Below are positions 1-8,964 of a stretch of DNA of 44,174 nucleotides, one piece after another (the first letter of the stretch is position 1; every line of letters starts with the position of its first letter). The stretch covers positions 1 to 44,174 of the forward strand of contig JAYOTF010000029.1 in NCBI GenBank assembly GCA_038150265.1, read 5' to 3'. Made by a program: the position numbers and the translations under genes. The notes below the pieces were generated by a model, which worked only from the letters and a program-made list of their open reading frames with translations, ran no database searches and was not told the DNA's origin. Source of the DNA: Deltaproteobacteria bacterium. GTDB taxonomy: Bacteria; SAR324; NAC60-12.

Positions 1-143
1 AGGGGGCAATTTGCGGTCAAAACGAAGGGGGGCTCCCTCCCTGGAGGCGCCTCCGGAACGTCGGTCTGGAGGGTTCGGATGCAGCCAGCCCGGCCTGAAG
101 TCAAGGAAGGCTGAGCCCTGGCGGGTGCCCCTTCCGGGTCTGA

Positions 144-1211
144 TCAGAACCAGTTCTTGCGACGCAGGAGCGCAATGATGCCGAGGACCACCAGCCCCAT
201 CACGATCAGGACGGCCGGATACCCCCACCGCCACGTCAGTTCAGGCATGAAGGTGAAGTTCATCCCATAGATTCCCGCGAGAAACGTCAGGGGCATGAAG
301 ATCGTGGAGATGATCGCCAGCACCCGCATGCGCTCATTGGTCCGGAACCCGATCAGCGACACATTGAGGTTGATGAGCCCAATCAAGCCCTCCTGCAGGC
401 TGCTGAGCGCCTCGGTGACCCGCTGGGCATGATCCCGGAGGTCTCGCAGAAAGGGGACGGTGTCTTCAGAGATCCACTCGCAGTACTCCGGATGGAGGTC
501 GTCACAGATGTCCTGAACCGGCAGGGCCTCGCGGTACAGCCGCTGCACCCGCTGGTGGAAGCGGTAAATGCGTTCCAGGACCTCCTCAGACGGCTTCCCC
601 AGCACCTCTTCCTCCAGCTCGCCTACCGCTTCCTGCAGCACCTCCAGCACCAGGAACCCCTTGTCCACGACCAGGTCAAGCAGGGCATAAAGCAGGTAGT
701 CGCCCACGGGTTTGCGGATCCGTCCATTTCCGCGACGGAGGCGTTCCCGGACGGGCTCAAACGGCTCACACCCCGAAGGCTGAAAGCTCACCACCACCTG
801 ATTCCGGAGGGCAAAGCTCACCTGCTGCGAGTGGACCTCGGAACCCGCCTCGTCCACCTGCATCTCCTTGAGCGTCACCATCAGCCACTCGCCATGCTGC
901 ACGGCCTTGGGACGTTGCCGGGCGCTCACCACGTCTTCCAGCAGCAGCGGTGGCAAGTCGAGGACGGTTCCCAGCTCCTGCACCAGCTCGGCATCCTGAA
1001 CGCCTTCCAGCTGAATCCACAGCCCCTTTGGCTCCACCAGCAGGTCCTTGACCTGGGACGCGGTCAGGGTGCTGTACTCCGTGTAACTGCTGGCGTCAAA
1101 GAGGATGGCGGAAAGCTGGCCCTGCTGATGCGGCACGTCCCACCCTTCTGGAATCAGGGTTCCCGGCGGCAGGCCATATTTCGGGAAGGCGGAGGGGGCA
1201 GCAAGGGACAC
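144..1211 (-). CDS. corA: Magnesium/cobalt transporter CorA
   Basis: 355 aa; C-terminal 'IFMPLTFLAGIYGMNF' (GMN signature) followed by 'MPELTWRWGYP' and two TM helices; 'QRPKA' and 'DYLLYALLD' motifs. Confidence 0.95.
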   Translation of the reverse strand: MSLAAPSAFPKYGLPPGTLIPEGWDVPHQQGQLSAILFDASSYTEYSTLTASQVKDLLVEPKGLWIQLEGVQDAELVQELGTVLDLPPLLLEDVVSARQRPKAVQHGEWLMVTLKEMQVDEAGSEVHSQQVSFALRNQVVVSFQPSGCEPFEPVRERLRRGNGRIRKPVGDYLLYALLDLVVDKGFLVLEVLQEAVGELEEEVLGKPSEEVLERIYRFHQRVQRLYREALPVQDICDDLHPEYCEWISEDTVPFLRDLRDHAQRVTEALSSLQEGLIGLINLNVSLIGFRTNERMRVLAIISTIFMPLTFLAGIYGMNFTFMPELTWRWGYPAVLIVMGLVVLGIIALLRRKNWF

Positions 1212-1247
1212 GGGTTTCGACCACTTCTGAGTTGGGAAGGACGCTTC

Positions 1248-1276
1248 ATGCTAGCGGAAGTGCTGCGGGACTTCAA
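1248..1276 (-). promoter_or_regulatory. Putative sigma70 promoter of corA
   Basis: Minus strand TTGAAG-17 nt-TAGCAT, about 37 nt upstream of the corA GTG start. Confidence 0.5.
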
Positions 1277-1367
1277 TGCCGGAAGCCGACCGGAGCCGCC
1301 GCCGCAGGGGCGTGGGAGACCCGAGCCTGACTCAACGCCAGGCCCGGTAACGGTGGCTCGCCTGAGG

Positions 1368-1820
1368 TCAGGAGGCGGCTTGCAAAGACGCCAGGTCCTG
1401 CAGCACCTCCTCGGCATGAGTCGCAGGGGAGACGGAGTCATAGATCTTGCGCAAGATCCCTTCCGGATCAATCAGGAAGGACTTGCGGTTGGCAAAGCCA
1501 ATGAGGTTCTTGACCCGGTACTGATGCACCACCTTCTTTTCAGCATCAGAAAGCAGGGTCACGGCCAGGTGGTACTTGTCCGCAAACTTTCGGTGGCTCT
1601 GAACCGAATCCGTGCTGATTCCCAGCGGCACCGCCTGAATGGCTTCAAACGCTTTGAGGCTTTCTCCAAAAGCCTTGGCTTCCTTCGTTCAGCCAGGGGT
1701 GTCGTCCTTGGGGTAGAAGAACAGGAGCACCCACTGGCCTCGGTAATCGGCAAGCGCCCGCTCGGTGCCGTCTTGATCCGGCAAGGTAAACTCAGGCGCC
1801 GGTTGATTCACGTCCAACAT
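1368..1820 (-). CDS. bcp: Selenocysteine-containing peroxiredoxin (Bcp/PrxQ, AhpC/TSA family), Sec at codon 44
   Basis: ATG at 1820 with a GGAGAG RBS. Reads MLDVNQPAPEFTLPDQDG...VLLFFYPKDDTPG-TGA(1691-1689)-TKEAKAFGESLKAFEAIQAVPLGISTDS in frame with track ORF 1368..1631. The TGA occupies the peroxidatic Cys position of PxxxTxxC; 150 aa with readthrough. Confidence 0.93.
1657..1675 (-). promoter_or_regulatory. Bacterial SECIS-like hairpin
   Basis: mRNA AGGCUUU-UGGAG-AAAGCCU: perfect 7-bp stem with a G-containing apical loop, starting 13 nt 3' of the in-frame UGA. Confidence 0.8.
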
Positions 1821-2317
1821 GAACTTTCTCTCCAAAGTGTCAGGAATGAAGGGGGAGCAGAAAACAGACGATTCCCCCTCCTGCTCAAAAGCCCCCTAAC
1901 CAGATTCTCACGAATCCTTTCAGATGCAAGAATTTTACGCCAGTGTGGGGCGCCCCCTTTTTTTCCGAACACACTCCGGAGCCTTCTCCCAGAAAAATCA
2001 TGGACTTGCTGGAGGCCCCGGTTCAAGGAGCGGCCCAACCAGCAGAGGTGGACTCCAATTTTGTCCCAGGCCCCTGTCCAGGTGAACAGAGGGACCTGCT
2101 TTCTTCAGAAAGATATTTTTTTATGATGGATTCTTACAGAAAAATTCGATAGAGCTAATCCTTCCAGTTGCTCAATTGGTTTTTCCCCCTGAGCCAGAGA
2201 ATGATCATGGATGACATGCGTGCTGCCCTTCCTCTTCATGGAGCGACCTTCTCTTCTGCCGACAGGGAGCCCGGAGGCTCCTCTTTTTTCCAGCATCGGC
2301 CCCTCAGACCTCGTTCC

Positions 2318-3949
2318 ATGACTCACCCCCCAGGCCTTGAGCAGAATCTGGAGTTCCTCACTCACGCGCTCCAGGAGGACTCCCTGCAACCCGAACAGGT
2401 CCTCCAGCATCCGGAGTTGGCCCCGCATGCAGCGCTCTTCGAGGCTGCTCGCCTGCTGACGGAGCAGGTGCAGGAAGAGAGGGAGCAGCAGCGGCAGGAG
2501 GTTCAGATCCTCCAGACGGCCCTCCGGGAGGCGGCGGTGGCGGTGTGGAACTGGGACCTGGAAACGCAAGAAGGCTGGTGGTCTCAAGAGCTGCTGGACC
2601 TGTTTGAGGTTCCGGAGGGCGCCCCGCTTCCAGAAACCCTGCACGCCCGCATCCGGCACAAGGACTTCAAGAGGATGCAGGAGGCGCTGAGGGGGATCCG
2701 CCGCGGAGAAGCCTTCCCCAAACTCGTGATGCCCCTGCAGCTTCCCTCTGGCACCCGGCGGATCCTGGCGATGACCGGCGTGGTGCTGGAAGGGCGTTCC
2801 GGGAGGCAACTGGCGGGACAGGTTCAGGACATCACGACCCTGGCCGATCTGCACGAGGAGCAGCACCACCTCAGCTCGTTGCAGGAGCAGCTCGGGGCCA
2901 TGGGCATTTCCGTGATGCGCTACGACCCGAAAACCCGACGGTATCAGCTCACCCCTCACCTGCTGGAGACCGGGCTGTTTGGCGCCACCGCCACCCTGAC
3001 CCCCGAGGAGTTTCAGCGCTTCTTCCGAAACTCGGTTCATCCGGAAGATCAGGGGGTGCTGCTTCGTTATGAAGAAGAGCTGGCCAGCCGGGGAGAAGGC
3101 TATCAGGTCCGCTTCCGTTGCTGGCTCCACCAGCACTGGAACTGGCTGGAGCTTCTGGCACAGCAGGTGGAAGCCGGCGGAGCCAGCGAGCACCGCCTCT
3201 ACCTCATCCGGGACATTGATGAAGAAGTGGCGCTGCAGCATGAGTTCGAGCGACAGGAGCGGGAGACCTCCCTGTGGTTGATTGGCCAGCAGTTTCTGCA
3301 TGAGCTTTCCACCCCACTCACCTCCATCTCCATGGCCCTCGAGTTCCTCCAGAGCAAGCGTCCGGAAGGCGTCGAGAAGCCGCTGCAGCAGGCCCTTGCC
3401 GCCAGGGATCAGATTCACCTGCTCCTCTCCAACCTCCGCAAGCTGATGCGGGCCACCCGTTTTGATGAACTCTACGAGATCAATACGGTGGAGATGGCCA
3501 CCCGCGTTTCCAGCTTCCTCGGGGGACTCGCCCGGCACTGTGGTGCTGCTGTGGAGCTGGAAATCGAGCCCAACCTTCCGTGTTTCCGAGGCCGCGAACT
3601 GGGGGTGCTGCAAGCCCTGCTCTGCCTCATTGAAAATGGCTGTGAGGCCCAGCAGTCCGTTTCGGTCCAGAAGCCCCTTCAGGTCCGCTTCCGCTGTGGA
3701 GAGCAGGAGCTGCTGATTGAGGTGGAAGATTTTGGCCCAGGCATTTCCAGGGAGCTGCAGCCCCTGATCCTCTACCGGGGCTTCACCACCAAATCAGAGG
3801 GGACGGGTTATGGGCTGAGCATGATCCAGAACATTGTTGACCAGCACCAGGGCTCCCTGGAACTCCTCACCCAAACGCCGGAGCACCCGGGGACGCTCTT
3901 TCGCATCCACCTCCCTGAGCTGCCCCCCACCGCATCAAGTTCGTCCTAG
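2318..3949 (+). CDS. PAS-domain sensor histidine kinase (cytoplasmic, orphan)
   Basis: PAS-like segments ('VWNWDLETQEGWWS', 'VHPEDQ'), H-box FLHELSTPLTSI, N-box LIENGCEA, G1 EDFGPGI, F-box FTTK, G2 GTGYGL. ATG 2318 preferred; the frame is open from 2168. Confidence 0.9.
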   Translation: MTHPPGLEQNLEFLTHALQEDSLQPEQVLQHPELAPHAALFEAARLLTEQVQEEREQQRQEVQILQTALREAAVAVWNWDLETQEGWWSQELLDLFEVPEGAPLPETLHARIRHKDFKRMQEALRGIRRGEAFPKLVMPLQLPSGTRRILAMTGVVLEGRSGRQLAGQVQDITTLADLHEEQHHLSSLQEQLGAMGISVMRYDPKTRRYQLTPHLLETGLFGATATLTPEEFQRFFRNSVHPEDQGVLLRYEEELASRGEGYQVRFRCWLHQHWNWLELLAQQVEAGGASEHRLYLIRDIDEEVALQHEFERQERETSLWLIGQQFLHELSTPLTSISMALEFLQSKRPEGVEKPLQQALAARDQIHLLLSNLRKLMRATRFDELYEINTVEMATRVSSFLGGLARHCGAAVELEIEPNLPCFRGRELGVLQALLCLIENGCEAQQSVSVQKPLQVRFRCGEQELLIEVEDFGPGISRELQPLILYRGFTTKSEGTGYGLSMIQNIVDQHQGSLELLTQTPEHPGTLFRIHLPELPPTASSSS

Positions 3950-3960
3950 CACGACCCGGC

Positions 3961-6900
3961 TCAGTTCATCAGCAGGTAGGCGGCAAAGTGCTGACGGGCA
4001 AACTTCTCCATCCGCCGGGCCGAGATGGGAAACGCGGTCCGGACCTCTGGGGCAAAGACCGAGATCCGCAGCTCTTCCAGCATCCACCGCAGCTCCTCCA
4101 GCGCCCGCTGGGCGTCCCGCTCCAGCTCGGTGTGCCGCAGCTGCTGGACCACGCTGGGCCACGGCTCCAGCTGTTCCGCCTTCGCTTCATCCTTTTGGGG
4201 GTCCAGCTCCAGCCGTTCGGCCCGAATGCGCAGGGCCTTGAGGTAGCGCAGCAGGTCGTTCCAGCGAGGGTACGGCACCTGTTGCGGAAAACGGGGCGGC
4301 ATCAGCTCCCGCAGGTGAGCGTCAAGGGGCTTGCTGAGCGCTCCGCGCTTGAGCGCCAGGGTCCGGAGCACCTGCTGCGTCTCCTGATGCGCCTCCAGCA
4401 GCCGCTCCACCATCTCAATCACCCGAGGCGAAAGGGTCCGGAGCTTGATCCGCGCCTCCTTGGCCCGTTGCTCGAACTGCTCGCGATTGGAGATCCAGGG
4501 GCCGTCAAACAGGAACGCGTACACGCACTCCCGCACATCGGCCTTGAACTCCGGAACCTTCCCAAACGGCGAAAGGGCATCCCGCAACTCCCGAAGCTCG
4601 GCCAGGTCCTTCTCCAGCCACGCCAGGTCTGGCCCAGTCGCCAGCGCCAGCAACTCCCGAAGCCCCTCCGGGGTCGCCTCTCGCGCCTCCTCGCGACTCG
4701 CAAACAGCCGCCGGTGCACCCCATGTGCATCCTTGAAGAGTCCGGGGTAGGCATAAATCGGAACACCGGCCACGGTGTCAAGCTGCACCCGGTCCGGAAG
4801 CGCCTCAAAGCTCCAGCTCGAGAGCTGATCCAGGTGCCACTCGCGCTCGGCCAGCTTGAGCACATCCAGTTGCTGATCCTGCGCCTGACGCTTGGCCAGC
4901 TCCTTCAGCTCGGCCCGACGCTTCGCCAGCAGGGCCTCCACGTCGCGTCCCTGCCCCACCACCTGATTGCTGTTGTCCCGCAGCTCCATCCGTGGCTTGA
5001 GGTGATCCGGCAGGCGTTCCCAATCCCACTGTTCCGGAGGCAGGTGGACGCCATACTCCTGCCGCACGACCCGGCTCAGGGTCGGAAGAAAGCGCTCCTC
5101 CCCCGGACTCATCAGGGCCACCAGCCGCTTGGCGGCCTCCGGAATGGGCACAAACCGGCGACGCTCCGCCTTGGGCAGACTCCGGAGCAGGTGCTGAATG
5201 CGCTCTTCCCACTGTCCCGGCACCATCCAGTCCAGCAGCGGCGCCCGGAGGTGCGGGACGATCACGTCACTCACCCGGAGGGTCGCGCCGTCGTGTTCCT
5301 TTCCGGGAGCGTAGACATACCGCAGTGAGAGCCGCTCGGTGCCCACGGCCCAGTGATCGGGAAACGCCTCCGGATCCGGACGCTCTTCATCGGCCCGCTC
5401 CAGCAAGTCGGACTCCTCCATGAAGAGGAAGCGGGCCTGCTGCTGACTCCGTTGGTGCCGGATCAGGCGGTTGAGGTCATGAACCGACGAGACCCCGCGG
5501 CGGTCTCCCTTCTGAGCCGGAACGGTGGCCTGTGCAAGCTGCTCCGTGTAAAAGGCTTCAATGGCGGCCTCAATCGCATACTGCCGGTTGCGCCGCAGCT
5601 TGGCGTCTTCGTCCATCAGCTTCTGGCGCAACGCTCGGTTGTGCCGCAAGAAGGGCAACCGGGCGCGCAGGCGGTCTTCCACCAGTGCCTCCCGGATGAA
5701 CAGCTGGGTTGCTTCTCCGGGGTTGACGCGTCCGTAGGCAACCCGTCGCCGGGTCACAATCGGCAACCCGTGCAGCGTCACCCGCTCATAGGCCTGCACA
5801 ATGCCCGACTCTTCATTGAAAAACGGGTCGGCGTAACTTCGCTTGCACAGGTCTCCCCCCAGCTCCTCCAGCCAGCGGACGTCAATGTTGGCCACCTTGC
5901 GGGCAAACAAGCGGGAGGTTTCCACCTGCTCTGCAGCCAGCACCCACGGCCCGCCCTTCCCGTTGAGCGCCGACCCCGGAAAGATGAACACCTCTTTCCC
6001 TCCGCCAGTCCGGTACTGGTTCTTTTCCAGCTTCTGACCAATCTGACTGAGCAACCCGGAGAGGATGGAGCAGTGCACCGCCTTGTAGTCCGCCGGCTGT
6101 TCGTTGAGCGTCAGCAGGCCGGAATCCTTCAGCAACCGCTCAAGCTGCCGGTGGATGTCGCGCCACTCGCGCATGCGGACAAACGAAAGGAAGTGCGCCT
6201 TGCAGAACTTCCGGAGCTTGTTTTCGCTGCGGAGGGTGTCCCACTCGTCGTGGTAGGCATTCCAGATGTTGAGGAGGGTCAGGAAGTCCGAGTCCGGATG
6301 CACAAAGTTCTTGTGCATGGCCCGGGCTTCCGCCTGCTTCTCCTGAGGGAACTCCCGGGGGTCCTGCACCGAAAGCCCGGCAGCGATCACCAGGACCTCC
6401 TGCATGGCGTTCTCCTCCTGAGCCTGCAGGAGCATCCGGGCGGTGGTCGGCTCAATCGGAAGCCGTGCCATCTGCCGACCCTTCGCCGTGAGGCGATGAT
6501 CGTCATCGACTGCCCCCAGCTCCCGGAGCAGCCGGAAGCCTTCCTTGATGGCCGGGGTGCCGGGTGGGTCAATGAAAGGGAAGTTTCGGATGCGGTCGAC
6601 GCCGCTGGCCTTGGTGTCCCCAAGCCGCAGGTGGAGCATCTGCAGAATGACCCCCGCCAGGTTGGAGCGGAGGATTTCGGGCTCAGCAAACTCCCGGAGT
6701 TGCTGAAAGGTGTCCTCGGAGTAGAGGCGGATGCAGGTTCCCGGAGCCACCCGTCCCGCGCGTCCCGCCCGCTGCAGGGCATTGCTCTGGGCAATCAGCT
6801 CCACCGGCAGGCGCTGAATCCGCTGGCGGGGGCTGTAGCGTGCGACCCGCTGGAGTCCGGAGTCAATGACGGTGGTGATGCCGGGAATGGTGAGGGACGT

Positions 6901-7974
6901 TTCCGCCAGGTTGGTCGCCACAACGACCTTGCGGCGTCCGGTACGCTGGAAGATGCGGTTCTGCTCGGCGGCCGTCAGGCGTCCGAACAGCGGAAGGATG
7001 TCCACCGCCTGCTTCCGGGCGCCCCCGGACAGGCGCTCCACGACCTCTCGAATTTCCTGCTCTCCGGGCAAAAACACGAGCAGGTCGCCGCCGTGGGGCT
7101 GTGCCAGGGCGTCTCGGGTGGCCTCCACCGCCGCATCCAGCACCGTGCGGTCCCCGGTTTCCTCATCTCGCGGATCCAGCGGCTGCCACTGGATCGTCAC
7201 CGGGAAGGTCCGTCCGGAAACTTCCACAACCGGCGCCCCGCCAAACGCCTGGGAAAAGCGCTCGGTGTCAATGCTGGCCGAGGTGATGACCACCCGCAGG
7301 TCCGGACGCTTCGGCAGAAGCTGCTTGAGGTACCCCAGGAGGAAGTCGATGTTGAGGGAACGCTCATGGGCCTCATCCAGGATGAGGACCTCGTAGGCGT
7401 TGAGGAAGCGGTCGTGCTGCGTCTCGGCCAGCAGCATCCCGTCAGTCATGAACTGGATCAGCGTCTGCGGCGACGTCTTTTCTCCAAAGCGGATGCGGTA
7501 CCCGACGAGGTCTCCCACTTCAGTGCCGACCTCCTGCGCCACCTGCCGGGCAATGGAGGTGGCGGCCACCCGACGGGGCTGCGTGCAGGCGATCTTTCCC
7601 GCCCGTCCGAAGCCGGCCTGCCAGCAAAGCTTGGGCAGCTGAGTGGTTTTGCCAGAGCCGGTTTCGCCAGCCACCACGATCACCTGCTGCGTCCGGAGGA
7701 GGTCGATGATCTCCTCGGCATGCTCGGCAATCGGAAGCTCCAGGGGCAGGTCCACCTGAGGGGTCTGCGCGGTGCGTTCCGCTCGGAGCTTCGCTGAGGC
7801 TTCGGCTTGCAGGAGGAGCTGCAGGTAGGCTTCTTCCCGGGCGGCTCCCGGGGGCTGCTGGTCCAGCTTGCGGATCCGGGACCGAAGCGGGAAGCGGTCC
7901 TTGGTCAGAACCTGGTCCAGCAGCAACCGGAGCTGCTGGAGTTCTTCAGCCGTGGGAGATGGCGGCGTGCTCAT
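3961..7974 (-). CDS. hrpA: ATP-dependent RNA helicase HrpA
   Basis: GETGSGKTTQLPK, TQPRRVAA, DEAHERSLNIDFLLGYL, QRAGRAGR and a C-terminal DUF3418-type region ('WMLEELRISVFA'); about 1340 aa. ATG 7974 preferred over TTG 7989. Confidence 0.95.
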   Translation of the reverse strand: MSTPPSPTAEELQQLRLLLDQVLTKDRFPLRSRIRKLDQQPPGAAREEAYLQLLLQAEASAKLRAERTAQTPQVDLPLELPIAEHAEEIIDLLRTQQVIVVAGETGSGKTTQLPKLCWQAGFGRAGKIACTQPRRVAATSIARQVAQEVGTEVGDLVGYRIRFGEKTSPQTLIQFMTDGMLLAETQHDRFLNAYEVLILDEAHERSLNIDFLLGYLKQLLPKRPDLRVVITSASIDTERFSQAFGGAPVVEVSGRTFPVTIQWQPLDPRDEETGDRTVLDAAVEATRDALAQPHGGDLLVFLPGEQEIREVVERLSGGARKQAVDILPLFGRLTAAEQNRIFQRTGRRKVVVATNLAETSLTIPGITTVIDSGLQRVARYSPRQRIQRLPVELIAQSNALQRAGRAGRVAPGTCIRLYSEDTFQQLREFAEPEILRSNLAGVILQMLHLRLGDTKASGVDRIRNFPFIDPPGTPAIKEGFRLLRELGAVDDDHRLTAKGRQMARLPIEPTTARMLLQAQEENAMQEVLVIAAGLSVQDPREFPQEKQAEARAMHKNFVHPDSDFLTLLNIWNAYHDEWDTLRSENKLRKFCKAHFLSFVRMREWRDIHRQLERLLKDSGLLTLNEQPADYKAVHCSILSGLLSQIGQKLEKNQYRTGGGKEVFIFPGSALNGKGGPWVLAAEQVETSRLFARKVANIDVRWLEELGGDLCKRSYADPFFNEESGIVQAYERVTLHGLPIVTRRRVAYGRVNPGEATQLFIREALVEDRLRARLPFLRHNRALRQKLMDEDAKLRRNRQYAIEAAIEAFYTEQLAQATVPAQKGDRRGVSSVHDLNRLIRHQRSQQQARFLFMEESDLLERADEERPDPEAFPDHWAVGTERLSLRYVYAPGKEHDGATLRVSDVIVPHLRAPLLDWMVPGQWEERIQHLLRSLPKAERRRFVPIPEAAKRLVALMSPGEERFLPTLSRVVRQEYGVHLPPEQWDWERLPDHLKPRMELRDNSNQVVGQGRDVEALLAKRRAELKELAKRQAQDQQLDVLKLAEREWHLDQLSSWSFEALPDRVQLDTVAGVPIYAYPGLFKDAHGVHRRLFASREEAREATPEGLRELLALATGPDLAWLEKDLAELRELRDALSPFGKVPEFKADVRECVYAFLFDGPWISNREQFEQRAKEARIKLRTLSPRVIEMVERLLEAHQETQQVLRTLALKRGALSKPLDAHLRELMPPRFPQQVPYPRWNDLLRYLKALRIRAERLELDPQKDEAKAEQLEPWPSVVQQLRHTELERDAQRALEELRWMLEELRISVFAPEVRTAFPISARRMEKFARQHFAAYLLMN

Positions 7975-7998
7975 AAAGCCCGGGGGCAAGCGAAGGGG

Positions 7999-8964
7999 TT
8001 AAGCCGGAACTCGGGAGGCGGACGGTTTCCAGAACGACGACAGCACCCCCAACAGCACCAGGGTGCCTCCGCCCAGTTCCCACAGTCCGGGAATCCGTTG
8101 GAAGACGAGGACGTCAATCAGCAGCGTCAGCACAGGCGCGCAGGTGCCAATCGTCATGGCCTGGGCAATGGTGAGGGACCGCAAGGCGTAGGTGTAGGAG
8201 ACCCGCCCGATGAACGGTCCACTGAAGGCCGCCATGCCCAGCAGCATCCACGTGTGCCACGACATCGTCTGCACCGTTTCCAGCACCCCCGGAAAGAAGG
8301 CCATGATCACCAGTGCCAGCCCCAGCCGAATGACGTTCAGGGCCTGCGGATCGATCTCATGGACAATCGCCTTCGACAGCACCTGCATGGAGGCAAACGA
8401 GAACGCGGTCAGCAGCGCCCAGAGGACCAGGCTCCAGCTTCCGGACGCATGGGAAAGCCCTTCCAGGCGCATGACCACAATGCCGGTGAGGATCACCCCC
8501 ACCGCGACCCAGACCCGCCGCGTGACGTACTCCTTCAGGAAGACCCACCCCAGCAGCATCGCAATGACGATCTCGGAGCGGGTGATGATGATGACCAGGC
8601 TCGGCGCATTGCCGTCCAGAGCCTGACAGACCGCGTAGTTTCCCACCACCCCCACAATGGCCATGACGACCGAGATGTACAGAATCCGGGGACGGAACCG
8701 CGTGTTGCGTCGCAACCGCCAGGCACCTGGCGCCGAAAACAGCATGGCCCAGCAAAACACGCCAAACACGGAGGGCAGCGCACCCACCTCATGCACCGCC
8801 TGCTGGTAGGGAAAGGAAAACAGCGCTGCGCCCATCATGGCCATGAGCGCAAAGATGTACCCACGCTGGCGGTCACTCAGGAGCTTCCAGCGCTGCTGAA
8901 AGAAATTCCCGGGCGGCGGCAGCAACTCCGGAGTCGCCGGTTCAGGGCAGCAGGGAACAGTCAT
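7999..8964 (-). CDS. DMT/EamA family transporter
   Basis: About 10 hydrophobic helices in two repeats ('LLGWVFLKE', 'GGTLVLLGV'); ATG 8964 overlaps the paaZ stop (ATGA). Confidence 0.85.
   Translation of the reverse strand: MTVPCCPEPATPELLPPPGNFFQQRWKLLSDRQRGYIFALMAMMGAALFSFPYQQAVHEVGALPSVFGVFCWAMLFSAPGAWRLRRNTRFRPRILYISVVMAIVGVVGNYAVCQALDGNAPSLVIIITRSEIVIAMLLGWVFLKEYVTRRVWVAVGVILTGIVVMRLEGLSHASGSWSLVLWALLTAFSFASMQVLSKAIVHEIDPQALNVIRLGLALVIMAFFPGVLETVQTMSWHTWMLLGMAAFSGPFIGRVSYTYALRSLTIAQAMTIGTCAPVLTLLIDVLVFQRIPGLWELGGGTLVLLGVLSSFWKPSASRVPA

Noticed and set aside
1..143. Possible 3' end of an upstream plus-strand gene
   Set aside because: More than one frame is open and there is no recognisable motif; it cannot be called from this fragment.
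1368..1820. bcp as a nonsense pseudogene
   Set aside because: The only stop is a TGA exactly at the catalytic Cys, followed by a SECIS-like hairpin, with selA nearby; the rest of the gene is intact.
1925..1942. Canonical sigma54 site TGGCGT...TTGCA upstream of bcp (minus strand)
   Set aside because: GG-to-GC spacing is 12 nt rather than the required 10.
429..2126. 565-aa plus-strand ORF
   Set aside because: Antisense shadow of corA and bcp; no protein motifs.
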